DNA of 64,000 nt. Origin: an uncultured delta proteobacterium (lineage in GTDB: Bacteria; Myxococcota; UBA727; VGSZ01). The notes under the pieces are model-generated. The model saw only the letters and a program-made list of their open reading frames with translations. It was not told where the DNA came from and did not search any database. The position numbers and the translations under genes are program-made. Every line of letters starts with the position of its first letter. Position 1 is the first letter of the stretch. Below, piece by piece: positions 8,933 to 17,541 of this stretch. Location: contig CAVZJB010000006.1 of NCBI GenBank assembly GCA_963775425.1, positions 96,001 through 160,000 of the forward strand, given 5' to 3'.

Positions 8933-9742
8933 TCAGCGCTTCTTTTTGACGGGGGGCTTGGCGGCCGGCTTCTTCGCGGACTTGGGCGCCGGCTTGCCCG
9001 AGGGCTTCTTGGCGGCCGGCGCCTTCTTGGCCGGGGCAGCCGCGGCCTTCTTGGGCGCCGCCTTGGGGGCGGCCTTGGCCGGCGCGGCCTTCGCGGGCTT
9101 GACCGGCATGGCCGAGCGCGGGGCGGCCGGGGCGGGCCGCGTGGCCTGGCGCGGGGGGTTGGCGGGCTGCGCGCGGGCGCGTTCGGCGGCGGCGGCGGCC
9201 TCGCGGGCCTTCTGGGCGTCCGCCTCGTTCTTGGGGATGGGCTTGGCGGTGCGCCGCTCCTTGATGGTCTGTGGGGCCACCGGCGGCCACGGCGACCGGG
9301 ACTTCTTTTCGTCCTTGTCGTTGCGCCACAGGACGCAGGTGATGGTCCCCTGCATGACGCTGTCGTGGTTCTGGTTCTCGGCCCAGACGTCGACGTCGAC
9401 GCGGGCCTCGCCGTTGCTCTCGTAGCGCTCGGCGACCATCCCCGTCATGCGCAGGATGTCGCCCGGCCACACGAGCTTCCGGAAGCGCCCGGACACGCTC
9501 AGGATGCGGCCGTTCTCGAGCCACTTGCCGACGGCCTCGGTGGCGAAGGACAGCGCGATGGCGCCGTGGGCGAAGACGCCGCCGTAGCCCGCGCCCTTGG
9601 CGAAGTCGTCGTCGAGGTGCAGCGGGCTCCAGTCCTGCGACGCCCCGGCGAACTTGGCGATCTGCACGCGCGTGACAGCCGGCTTCGACACCGGCGTCAC
9701 TTGCTCGCCCTTTTCAATCGAATCCCAATACAGCTTGGGCAT
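8933..9742 (-). CDS. MaoC/HadB-like (R)-hydratase with Lys/Ala/Pro-rich histone-H1-like C-terminal tail
   Basis: Hydratase-2 motif FAGASQDWSPLHLD...AHG; tail PAKAAPKAAPKKAAAAPAKKAPAAKK. ATG overlaps the upstream TGA. Confidence 0.88.
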   Translation of the reverse strand: MPKLYWDSIEKGEQVTPVSKPAVTRVQIAKFAGASQDWSPLHLDDDFAKGAGYGGVFAHGAIALSFATEAVGKWLENGRILSVSGRFRKLVWPGDILRMTGMVAERYESNGEARVDVDVWAENQNHDSVMQGTITCVLWRNDKDEKKSRSPWPPVAPQTIKERRTAKPIPKNEADAQKAREAAAAAERARAQPANPPRQATRPAPAAPRSAMPVKPAKAAPAKAAPKAAPKKAAAAPAKKAPAAKKPSGKPAPKSAKKPAAKPPVKKKR

Positions 9743-10191
9743 CAGCGCCTCGGCAGCCCGCCGCGGACAACGAGAGTGCGCTGGGCCTCGAAGCGGACGT
9801 CGTCGGCTCGCTTGCCGGTGCCCACGACGTCGATCACGACGAACCCCATGGGGTTCCCGCTGGCCTGCTGCTCGTACACGTCCCGCAGCGTTGTGGTGAT
9901 TGTGAGCTCGTCGCCGACGCACACCGGCGCGAACATGCTGACGTATTCCTGCGCGTGAAGCACCTGCTTGGGTTTCAGCTCGAGCAGGTCGATGACGTGC
10001 TGGAAGTCGCCGAGGGTGGCGGCGGCGGCGTGCGGGAGCATGAGCCCGGAGAGGCCGGCGGAATGCGCCACCTTCTCGTCCACGGACATCGGGTCGGTGA
10101 CCTCGAGCGCATCCACGAAGCGCTGCACGAGCCCTCGCTCGACCACGATTGTCTTTTGGACCTTTTCGCCAAGATGGGCTTTATGCTTCAT
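9742..10191 (-). CDS. MaoC N-terminal/HadA-like hot-dog partner subunit
   Basis: VERGLVQRFVDAL and VLHAQEYVSMFAPVCVGDEL motifs; coupled to the HadB-like gene. Confidence 0.82.
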   Translation of the reverse strand: MKHKAHLGEKVQKTIVVERGLVQRFVDALEVTDPMSVDEKVAHSAGLSGLMLPHAAAATLGDFQHVIDLLELKPKQVLHAQEYVSMFAPVCVGDELTITTTLRDVYEQQASGNPMGFVVIDVVGTGKRADDVRFEAQRTLVVRGGLPRR

Positions 10192-10282
10192 CTTTTCAAG
10201 GACCTACGCGACAACGCAAAGCGTCAAAAGTGCCTGTTCCAGCCTCTAACGTGCATCAGACCTGAGCGAAAAGCAAGAAAGA

Positions 10283-11344
10283 TCAATGTTCTTTTGAGCG
10301 GCGGTTCAACAGGAACTTCACCGGGTCTTCGCGCAAGCCCTTCAAAACGGCGTGGAGGTCCGACGCCGCCTCTTCGTCCCAGAAGAGCTTGCCGGCGCCG
10401 CCGCGCTTGTCCTCGACGGCGCCGAGCAGCCTGTCGGCGCGCTTCATCACAGCGTCGAGGGAGCGCATGGCCTGCGTGACGTTCGCGAGGAGCTGCGCCT
10501 GCTTGTGCGGGTCGGCGAGCGCGGGCTGCTTGTCGAGCAGGTCGAGCGCCTTGTCGACGCGGGCGATGGCGTCCTTGCCCTCGGCGAGGAGCGCGGGCAC
10601 CTGATCGGATTCGAGCTTCGCGGTGGCGTCGAGGACGCCGGGCAATCGATCGAACGTCCCGCGCAGCGCGCGCCCGTCGCCGACCCCGACGGCCGCGCCG
10701 TGGACCAGCGCGCGCAGGTCGTCGGTGAAGGCGCGCAGGTCGTCGCCGCCCGGGACGTCGTCGTGCGCGAGCAGCGAATCGAGGCGCCGCATCAACGCCG
10801 ACAGCGAGCGCATGAGCTCGATCGCCTCCTGCGATTTGGGCAGGAGCTCTTCGAATTTGCCGAGCAGTCCCGAGGCTCGGGACAGCAGCAAATCCGGTCG
10901 ATCCTGGGAAATCCCATCGATGCGGGCGCCGTCCGCGAGGCGCGCGCCGCCGGGGACCGGCTCGAGGTCGAGGTAGTGCTCGCCGAGGACGCCGAGGGTG
11001 GTCACGCGGAAGCGCGCGCGGTCGGTGACGACGGGCATCGCGCGCTCCTCGATGCGCGCACGCACGCGCACCATCTTGTCGGGGCCGGCGGCCCGGTCCT
11101 GACCGGCGAGCAGCACGACGTCCTGGACGGCGCCGACCTCCACGCCCGACAGCCGCACCGACGCGCCCGGCTTGATGGGGCCCGCGAAGGCGAAGTCGAC
11201 GTCGATGGTCTCGCCGCGCACGATCTTGAGCGGCCCGGTGACGACGAGGATCGCGACGAGGATCCCCATGGACACCAGGGCGAGGAGCCCCACGCGGAAC
11301 GCGCGCGCCCGGTCCGCCGCTCGCGCCGGCCTCGGCTCCGTCAC
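10283..11344 (-). CDS. mlaD: MCE-domain (MlaD family) protein with a long helical C-terminus
   Basis: N-terminal TM (RVGLLALVSMG), GPIKPGASVRLSGVEVGAV, LGVLGEHYLDL and late GGAGKL motifs. GTG start overlaps the upstream stop. Confidence 0.9.
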   Translation of the reverse strand: MTEPRPARAADRARAFRVGLLALVSMGILVAILVVTGPLKIVRGETIDVDFAFAGPIKPGASVRLSGVEVGAVQDVVLLAGQDRAAGPDKMVRVRARIEERAMPVVTDRARFRVTTLGVLGEHYLDLEPVPGGARLADGARIDGISQDRPDLLLSRASGLLGKFEELLPKSQEAIELMRSLSALMRRLDSLLAHDDVPGGDDLRAFTDDLRALVHGAAVGVGDGRALRGTFDRLPGVLDATAKLESDQVPALLAEGKDAIARVDKALDLLDKQPALADPHKQAQLLANVTQAMRSLDAVMKRADRLLGAVEDKRGGAGKLFWDEEAASDLHAVLKGLREDPVKFLLNRRSKEH

Positions 11345-12003
11345 GCGGCCTCCCGGTGGACGCGGCCGCCGTCGACACGCACCACGTCGGGGCGCAGGCG
11401 CAGGAGCGTTCGCGGGCTGTGGGTGATGACGATGAGCGTGGTGCCCGTCAGGGCCGCGAGCGCGTCGTCCACCTGGCGCGCCGCCACGGGATCGAGGCCC
11501 GTGGTGGGCTCGTCGACGACGAGGACGCCGGGCTTCAAGCACAGCGCGCGCGCGAGCGAGACGCGCTTTTGCTGGGCGATCGACAAGGACGCCGGGGCCG
11601 CCCGGCGCACGTCGTCGAGGCCGAGCTCGGAGAGGGCGGCGTCGACGCGGGCCTGCGCTTCGTCGCGGGACACGTCCTGGCGGTCCACGGCGAACGCGAC
11701 GTTCTCCTCGACGTCGAGGGTGTCGAGCAGCGCGGGGTCCTGGTGCACGAAGACGAGCGGCGGCGCGGAGACGTGCACGCGGCCCTTCGCGAGCGGCAAG
11801 AGGCCCGCCGCGGCCTTCATGAGCACGCTCTTGCCCGCGCCCGATCGCCCGACGACGGCGTGCACCCGGTCGCGCGCGAACGACAGCGTGACGTCGTCAA
11901 TGACCACCCGGCCGCCGAGGGCGACCGTGACGCCTTCGAGCGCGAGCGCCGGTGTGTCGTGGGACGCGGCCTCGCCCGCCGCGGGGACGTCCTCGACCGT
12001 CAT
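11341..12003 (-). CDS. MlaF-like ABC ATPase 2 (degenerate signature motif)
   Basis: Walker A GRSGAGKS, signature LSIAQ, Walker B VLVVDEP, H-loop ITHS. Confidence 0.9.
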   Translation of the reverse strand: MTVEDVPAAGEAASHDTPALALEGVTVALGGRVVIDDVTLSFARDRVHAVVGRSGAGKSVLMKAAAGLLPLAKGRVHVSAPPLVFVHQDPALLDTLDVEENVAFAVDRQDVSRDEAQARVDAALSELGLDDVRRAAPASLSIAQQKRVSLARALCLKPGVLVVDEPTTGLDPVAARQVDDALAALTGTTLIVITHSPRTLLRLRPDVVRVDGGRVHREAA

Positions 12004-12749
12004 ACGGCGCTCCTGCCGACGAACCACGCGACGTCGAACAACACGCTGGCGATGAGGCACGCGACGACGCCGCCGACGACGGCGTTGGTGGCGGCGCGGC
12101 CGACGGCTTCGGCGCCGCCGCGCGCGCGCAGCGCCGTGCGCACGGCCATCACGAACACGAGCGCGCCGTTGACGGCGCACTTGGCGACGAGGAGGCCGAG
12201 GCCCGCGAGCGTGACGGCCTCCGGGTGAAAGAACGTGAACGGGTTCACGCCGCTTCGGCCCCACAGGGTGATCACGCCGGCGATCTCCCAGGAGACGAAG
12301 CCGAGGAGCCCGAGGCCGACGGCGCCGGCGACGAGGGCGGCGCCCATGGGGGCGAGCACGCTGCGCGCGGGGTCGAGCCCGAACAGCGAGAGCGCGTCGA
12401 GCGTGTCCTCGGACTGCAGCGTGGCCACCTCCGCGGCGAAGCCGGCGCCGACGCGCTGCGCGAGGGTGAGCGCGACGATGAGCGGGCCGAACTCCTCGAC
12501 GCCCAGCACGATGTACTCGGGCCCGATGAAGCTCTGGTCGCCGAGCAGCCGCATGGCCTGCCGCGCGGCTTGATCGCCGAGCGCGACGCCGACGGCCGCG
12601 ACGGTGACGGTGACGAGCAGGAGCGACCCGGGCAGCACCTCGTCGAGCCGGCGGAGCAGCGCGCGGCCGTCGAGGCGCCAGGGCGTGAGCGCGAACGTGA
12701 GCGCGCGCGTCGTCGACGCCAGCGCGAGCTGCGGCGCGGCGGCGGTCAT
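12000..12749 (-). CDS. MlaE/YrbE family permease 2
   Basis: EEFGPLIVALTLAQRVGAGFAAEVATL...DAL...G.DP and VGRAATNAVV motifs. Confidence 0.9.
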   Translation of the reverse strand: MTAAAPQLALASTTRALTFALTPWRLDGRALLRRLDEVLPGSLLLVTVTVAAVGVALGDQAARQAMRLLGDQSFIGPEYIVLGVEEFGPLIVALTLAQRVGAGFAAEVATLQSEDTLDALSLFGLDPARSVLAPMGAALVAGAVGLGLLGFVSWEIAGVITLWGRSGVNPFTFFHPEAVTLAGLGLLVAKCAVNGALVFVMAVRTALRARGGAEAVGRAATNAVVGGVVACLIASVLFDVAWFVGRSAV

Positions 12750-13585
12750 GACGCGCCTCCGACGAGGGACAGCGCCGCGTTGAGGACCATGACGCCACAC
12801 AGGGAGAGCACGCTGCCCGCGTAGACGGCGCGGCCGATGGCGCCGGCGGAGCAATCGGCGCTCCTCTCGACCGAGACGCCCGCGTGGCACGACGACAGCC
12901 CGACGACGGCGCCGAAGAGCGTCATGCGCACGAGGCCGTTGGCGAGGGACGCGGGCTCGAGGTACTCGACGAACGACCACCAGCTCGTGGCGATGGATTG
13001 GCCGCCGACGAGGTCGGCGACGACGAAGCCGACGGCGAGCACGACGCTGCACGAGGGCACGTACAAGAGCGCGGACGCGGCGACGGTGGCGACCACGCGC
13101 GGCGCGATGAGCACGCGCTCGGGGTCGAGGCCGAGGGCGCGCACGGCGTCGAGGCGCTCGCGGGCGGCCATCATGGCGACCTCGGCCGTGTTGCGGGCGC
13201 CGGTGCGCGCGGCGAGCCCGACGCCGAGGAGGAGCGGGCCGACGTCGCGGTACGACGACAGCGCGGCCGCCCAACCAAAGACCTCGCCGGCGGCGTACCG
13301 CTTGATGTAGCCGAGGCCCTGCATGGCGACGATGCCGCCGACGGCGGTACAGGCGACGAGCATGAGGGGCAGCGCGTCCCTGAGCAGGCGATCGAGCTGG
13401 CGCAGCGTCTCGCGCCCGTCGACCTTGAGGCGCACCATGCCGTCGACGGTCTGCGCCGCGCGCACGAGGATCGCGCCGAGCTCCTCGATGACGAACATCA
13501 CGCGGAACCCGAGCGCCGTGATCAGCGGCGCGCCCAGCGCCAGGGGCAGCGCGGCCGTCGTCGGAGGGTGCGCACGCCTGATCAC
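12746..13585 (-). CDS. MlaE/YrbE family permease 1
   Basis: RDVGPLL...ARTGARNTAEVAMM...ERLDAVRALGLDP...PRVVA motifs. Start uncertain. Confidence 0.9.
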   Translation of the reverse strand: MIRRAHPPTTAALPLALGAPLITALGFRVMFVIEELGAILVRAAQTVDGMVRLKVDGRETLRQLDRLLRDALPLMLVACTAVGGIVAMQGLGYIKRYAAGEVFGWAAALSSYRDVGPLLLGVGLAARTGARNTAEVAMMAARERLDAVRALGLDPERVLIAPRVVATVAASALLYVPSCSVVLAVGFVVADLVGGQSIATSWWSFVEYLEPASLANGLVRMTLFGAVVGLSSCHAGVSVERSADCSAGAIGRAVYAGSVLSLCGVMVLNAALSLVGGAS

Positions 13586-13619
13586 GCCGCCCTCCGCCGT
13601 CCGGGGGACACCGGTGCCG

Positions 13620-14318
13620 TCACGGGGAGGCCTCGACGGGGGCGAACGCGGCGGTGCGCGCGTCGGCGGCGAGCGCCGCGGGCGTGCCGAGGAAGACCGG
13701 CTTTCCCTCCTCGAGGACGAGGGCCTGCGCGCAGCGCGGGAGCACGACGTCGACGTCCTGGGTGGCGATGACGACGCAGCGCTCGCGCTCGCCTTCGAGG
13801 AGGAGCGCGAGCACCTCGGCGGCGGTGTCGGGGTCGAGGCCGGCGGTGGGGTCGTCCGCGAGGAGCAACGCGGGGGCGACCGCGAGCGCGCGCGCGATGC
13901 CGACGCGCTTCTTCATGCCGCCGGAGAGCTGCCGCGGCAGCTTGTCGGCGTCGGTGCCGAGGCCGACGCGCGCGAGCGCCTCGCGCGCGGCCTCCCGCTC
14001 GGCGACGACGGCGACGTTGCCCAGGGCGGTCTTCGCGTCGTCGAGCGCGTCGCGCTGAAAGACCATCGCCACGCGCCCCGCCGGCGTCGCGAGCGCGCCC
14101 TCGCTCCCGCACAGCCCGGCGAGCGCCGCGAGCAGCAACGACTTGCCGGCGCCCGGCCCGCCGAGGACCGCGAGCGGCGCCCCCGGCTGCACCGTGAACG
14201 ACAGCGGCCCGAGCGCGAGCCCGCCGCGCCCGCGGGCCGACAGCCCGTCGACGACGAGCCGCGCTCCCGCGTCGGCTGCCGCGGTCCCGCGCGCGCCGTC
14301 GTCTGCCTCGCCGGTCAT
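13620..14318 (-). CDS. MlaF-like ABC ATPase 1 (degenerate Walker B and H-loop)
   Basis: Walker A GGPGAGKS, signature LSGGMKKR, Walker B LLLADDP, H-loop IATQD. Confidence 0.9.
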   Translation of the reverse strand: MTGEADDGARGTAAADAGARLVVDGLSARGRGGLALGPLSFTVQPGAPLAVLGGPGAGKSLLLAALAGLCGSEGALATPAGRVAMVFQRDALDDAKTALGNVAVVAEREAAREALARVGLGTDADKLPRQLSGGMKKRVGIARALAVAPALLLADDPTAGLDPDTAAEVLALLLEGERERCVVIATQDVDVVLPRCAQALVLEEGKPVFLGTPAALAADARTAAFAPVEASP

Positions 14319-16096
14319 TGGCCCTCACCGCCGGCGTCGTAGGGCGGGGGCTTGCCCCCCGCGTCGGGCTGGACCAAGCGGCGCCGCCCGCCGGCCGCGA
14401 GGAGGCCCCGCACGGTCAGCTTCGGCAGGCGCCCGCCCGTCAGGTACCAGGCGAAGGCGACGCCGAAGCAGCCGCCGGCGACGACGAAGAGCGCGGCCGC
14501 GATGAGCGGAGCCATCACGAGGGACACGCCGGCGCGGGTGAGGATGTCGAAGCCGCCGAGGATGCAGGCGGCGGCGAGGGCGCCGCCGAAGATGGTCATG
14601 CCCAGGCCGCGCAGCGCGTTTTGCAACCCGTCGAGGTCGGCGCTCTTGACGACGACCTGCACCTGGCCACGCTCGAGATCCATGAGCGCCTGGCCGAGCT
14701 GCAGCGGCACCTCCTGCACGAGGAGCCCGAGCTGCAGCGCGGTGCGCAGCCCGCCGGCCTTCCACTGCCGCGGGTCCACGCGCTCCATGAGGAGCTCTTC
14801 GGCGCGTCGGGTGAGCACCGGGCCGGGGTCGAAGCCCGGATGCAAGGTGCGCACGATGCCTTCGATGGACACGCTCGCCTTCGACAGGATGGCGAACTCG
14901 CGGGGCAGGCGGACGCCGAACCTCGTCGACAGCTCGACGAGGTCGGAGAAGACGCCGGCGGTGCTCACCTCGGACACCGTGAGCCCGAGGTAGCGATCGA
15001 GCAGCCGCGCCACCTGCGTGCGCAGGTGTGCGATCTCGATGCGCTTGTCGCTCTCGCCGATGCGCACGATCAGGCGGGCGAGGGTGTCGGCGTCGCGCAG
15101 CGACAGCGCGAGGAGCACGAGGAGCAGGCGGTCCTGCGTCTCCCGCGACACGCGTCCGACGAGGCCGAAGTCGATGAAGGCGATCTTGCCGTCGTCGGTG
15201 ACGAGGAGGTTCCCGGGGTGGGGATCGCCGTGGAACATGCCGTCGATGAACACGTGCTCGAAGGCCACCTCGACGAGGCGCTCGATGATCGTCTCGGCCT
15301 CGGGGGTGCCCTTCAGCTCCGTGATGCGCCGGCCGTGGATGCGCTCCATCACGAGCACCGTCGCCGACGACAGCTCCGGATACGGCCGCGGCACGTGGAC
15401 CCCGGTGCGCGTCGCGTTGGCGGTGGCGAACGCGCGCAGGTTCCTCAGCTCGGACGTGAAGTCGAGCTCCACGCGCAGCGCCTCCTGGAACTCGCGCACG
15501 AAGTCGGCGGTGTGGTACCGGTGCGCCTCTTCGACGACGCGCTCGAGCAACTGTGCGAGCACCACGAGCATCTCGGCGTCGCGCTTGACCTGCTCCTGGA
15601 TGCCCGGCCGTTGCACCTTGATGACGATGTCGTCGCCGGAGGGGAGCTTGGCGGCGTGCACCTGCGCCATCGACGCCGACGCCAGCGCGGTCTCGTCGAC
15701 GGACGCGAACACCTCGTGCATGGGCCGGCCGAGCGCGCGCTCGACCTGCGCCCGCACGTCGGCGAAGGGAAAGGGCGGCACCTGATCCTGCAGGCGCGAC
15801 AAGGCGGTGATGAAGTCGGCGGGGAGGAGGTCGCCGCGCGTGGACAGGATCTGCCCGAGCTTCACGAACGTGGGCCCGAGGTCCTCGAGCATGGTGGCGA
15901 AGCGCTCCGCCGCCGGCCGCTGGTCGACGCCGCGGCCCGTGTCCCGCACGAAGCGGCGCACGAGCGGGATGGTGCGCATGGACGGCGCAAAGCCGTGCCG
16001 CGCCATCACCGCCGCGATCTCGCGGAGCCGCCCGAGCCGCGACGTCGCATGCTCGAGCGCGCGCTCCTGTGCCTCCGGCCGGGGGTCCGCCGCCAT
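14315..16096 (-). CDS. AarF/ABC1/UbiB family atypical kinase with two C-terminal TM helices
   Basis: LGPTFVKLGQILS, ASASMAQVH, IKVQRPG, FHGDPHPGN and IDFG motifs. Confidence 0.95.
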   Translation of the reverse strand: MAADPRPEAQERALEHATSRLGRLREIAAVMARHGFAPSMRTIPLVRRFVRDTGRGVDQRPAAERFATMLEDLGPTFVKLGQILSTRGDLLPADFITALSRLQDQVPPFPFADVRAQVERALGRPMHEVFASVDETALASASMAQVHAAKLPSGDDIVIKVQRPGIQEQVKRDAEMLVVLAQLLERVVEEAHRYHTADFVREFQEALRVELDFTSELRNLRAFATANATRTGVHVPRPYPELSSATVLVMERIHGRRITELKGTPEAETIIERLVEVAFEHVFIDGMFHGDPHPGNLLVTDDGKIAFIDFGLVGRVSRETQDRLLLVLLALSLRDADTLARLIVRIGESDKRIEIAHLRTQVARLLDRYLGLTVSEVSTAGVFSDLVELSTRFGVRLPREFAILSKASVSIEGIVRTLHPGFDPGPVLTRRAEELLMERVDPRQWKAGGLRTALQLGLLVQEVPLQLGQALMDLERGQVQVVVKSADLDGLQNALRGLGMTIFGGALAAACILGGFDILTRAGVSLVMAPLIAAALFVVAGGCFGVAFAWYLTGGRLPKLTVRGLLAAGGRRRLVQPDAGGKPPPYDAGGEGQ

Positions 16097-16151
16097 GAGC
16101 CCGCACGATCGCAGCCCCCATCATCGCAAGCCAGAAAACGGCGCGAGGGCA

Positions 16152-16305
16152 CGGCGGAGCTGCCGCCGAAGCCGGCGCGCGGGCCCGAGCTGGCAACGCC
16201 GTCGAGCCAAAAAAAGCGCGGCGGAGCTGCCGCCGAAGCCGGCGCGCACGTGAGCTCACGTTGGCGAGCCCGGGGAGCGCGCCGGCTTCGAAGGCAGCTC
16301 CGCCG
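16152..16305. repeat. REP/BIME-like cluster of three 29-bp copies (two direct, one inverted)
   Basis: cggcggagctgccgccgaagccggcgcgc at 16152-16180 and 16219-16247; inverted copy with 2 mismatches at 16277-16305; perfect palindrome acgtgagctcacgt at 16248-16261. Confidence 0.85.
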
Positions 16306-16373
16306 CTCCGGGCGCCCGGAGGGCGCGGCTGTTCGCGAGCGTGAGCGAGCAAAAACCGCTACGATCCTCGCGC

Positions 16374-17006
16374 ATGAGCGGGCGCACCTACATCGCCATC
16401 GCGGGGAACATCGGCGCCGGCAAGTCCACGCTCGTCGAGTTCCTCTGCCGCACCTACGGCGTTCCGCCGTTCTTCGAGCCCAACGAGGACAACCCCTACC
16501 TCGCCGACTTCTACGAGGACATGAAGGGGTGGGCGTTCCACTCGCAGGTCTTCTTCCTCACGCACAAGTTCCGCATCCACCAGGAGCTCGACAAGACGCC
16601 GGGCATCGTGGTGCAGGACCGGACGATCTACGAGGACGCCGAGGTCTTCGCGCACGCGCTGCACAGGAGCGGCAAGCTCACCGAGCGCGACTGGAAGACG
16701 TACTGCGAGCTGTACGAGACCATCTGCAACGCCATCCAGCCGCCGGACCTGATGGTGTATTTGAAGTGCTCGCTCAAGACCACCAAGCAGCGCATCAAGC
16801 TGCGCGGGCGCGACATGGAGCAGAGCATCCCCACGTCGTACTTGAAGCTCCTTCAGGAGAGCTACGACGCGTGGTTCGCGCGCTGGAAGAAGAGCGAGGT
16901 CCTCGAGATCGACACCGACAAGCTCGACTACGTGAGCGACCTCGTCGATCGCCTCGACGTCCTCGCGCGCCTCGAGCGCTACCTGCCCCGCACCCGCGCG
17001 GCCTGA
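16374..17006 (+). CDS. Deoxynucleoside kinase (dNK family)
   Basis: IAIAGNIGAGKST, EP...NPYL..FY, QDRTIYED, PDLMVYL and RGRDME motifs. Confidence 0.93.
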   Translation: MSGRTYIAIAGNIGAGKSTLVEFLCRTYGVPPFFEPNEDNPYLADFYEDMKGWAFHSQVFFLTHKFRIHQELDKTPGIVVQDRTIYEDAEVFAHALHRSGKLTERDWKTYCELYETICNAIQPPDLMVYLKCSLKTTKQRIKLRGRDMEQSIPTSYLKLLQESYDAWFARWKKSEVLEIDTDKLDYVSDLVDRLDVLARLERYLPRTRAA

Positions 17007-17166
17007 ACGAACGCTGCGCGCTCCGTCGCTGCGCGCTCCTACATCGGCGCCGTGGGCGTTGGCGCCGCGGTTGTGTGCGCTCACCCTGAGCGAACGCGCT
17101 GCCACGCCGCCCTCCCGTCGGCCCAGGTCGAGGCGCGAGCGGCATGAGCCGTGCATCAGACGGCGC

Positions 17167-17541
17167 ATGCTCCACCGATTCATCGACGACATCCACACCG
17201 TCTCCGACATGCTCGACGCGACCGCGCCGCGCGAGACCGCGGCGGTGCTGCGCGCGAGCCTCGATGAGCTCGCCGCCGACGTCGCCCACGCGCGCGCCGC
17301 CGGCCCCCTCGACGCGCACATCGTCGACGCGGCCGTGCTCTTCGACGCGGTCCAGGACGTGCGCCGCCTCGCGGGCGTCCTCGATCCCGACCTGCGAGCG
17401 GTGGCCGAGCGCGTCGACCGCCTGCTCAAGGACATCACCGCCGCCGTCGCCGACGACCTCAGCGCGGCCGCCCTCGATGACGCGACCGGCGAGACTCCGG
17501 CCGCGGCGCCGCCGGCTTTTGAGCCCCGCGCGTCTTCTTGA
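17167..17541 (+). CDS. Hypothetical helical protein
   Basis: MLHRFIDDIHTVSDML... has coding-like composition; its 3' end overlaps that of the RluA gene. Confidence 0.6.
   Translation: MLHRFIDDIHTVSDMLDATAPRETAAVLRASLDELAADVAHARAAGPLDAHIVDAAVLFDAVQDVRRLAGVLDPDLRAVAERVDRLLKDITAAVADDLSAAALDDATGETPAAAPPAFEPRASS

Noticed and set aside
16152-16305. CRISPR array (29-bp repeat, 38-bp spacer)
   Set aside because: There are only two direct copies, the third is inverted, and there are no cas genes or AT-rich leader.
17012-17039. Short direct repeat cgctgcgcgctcc x2 after the dNK gene
   Set aside because: It is too short and GC-rich to distinguish from chance or a degenerate REP.
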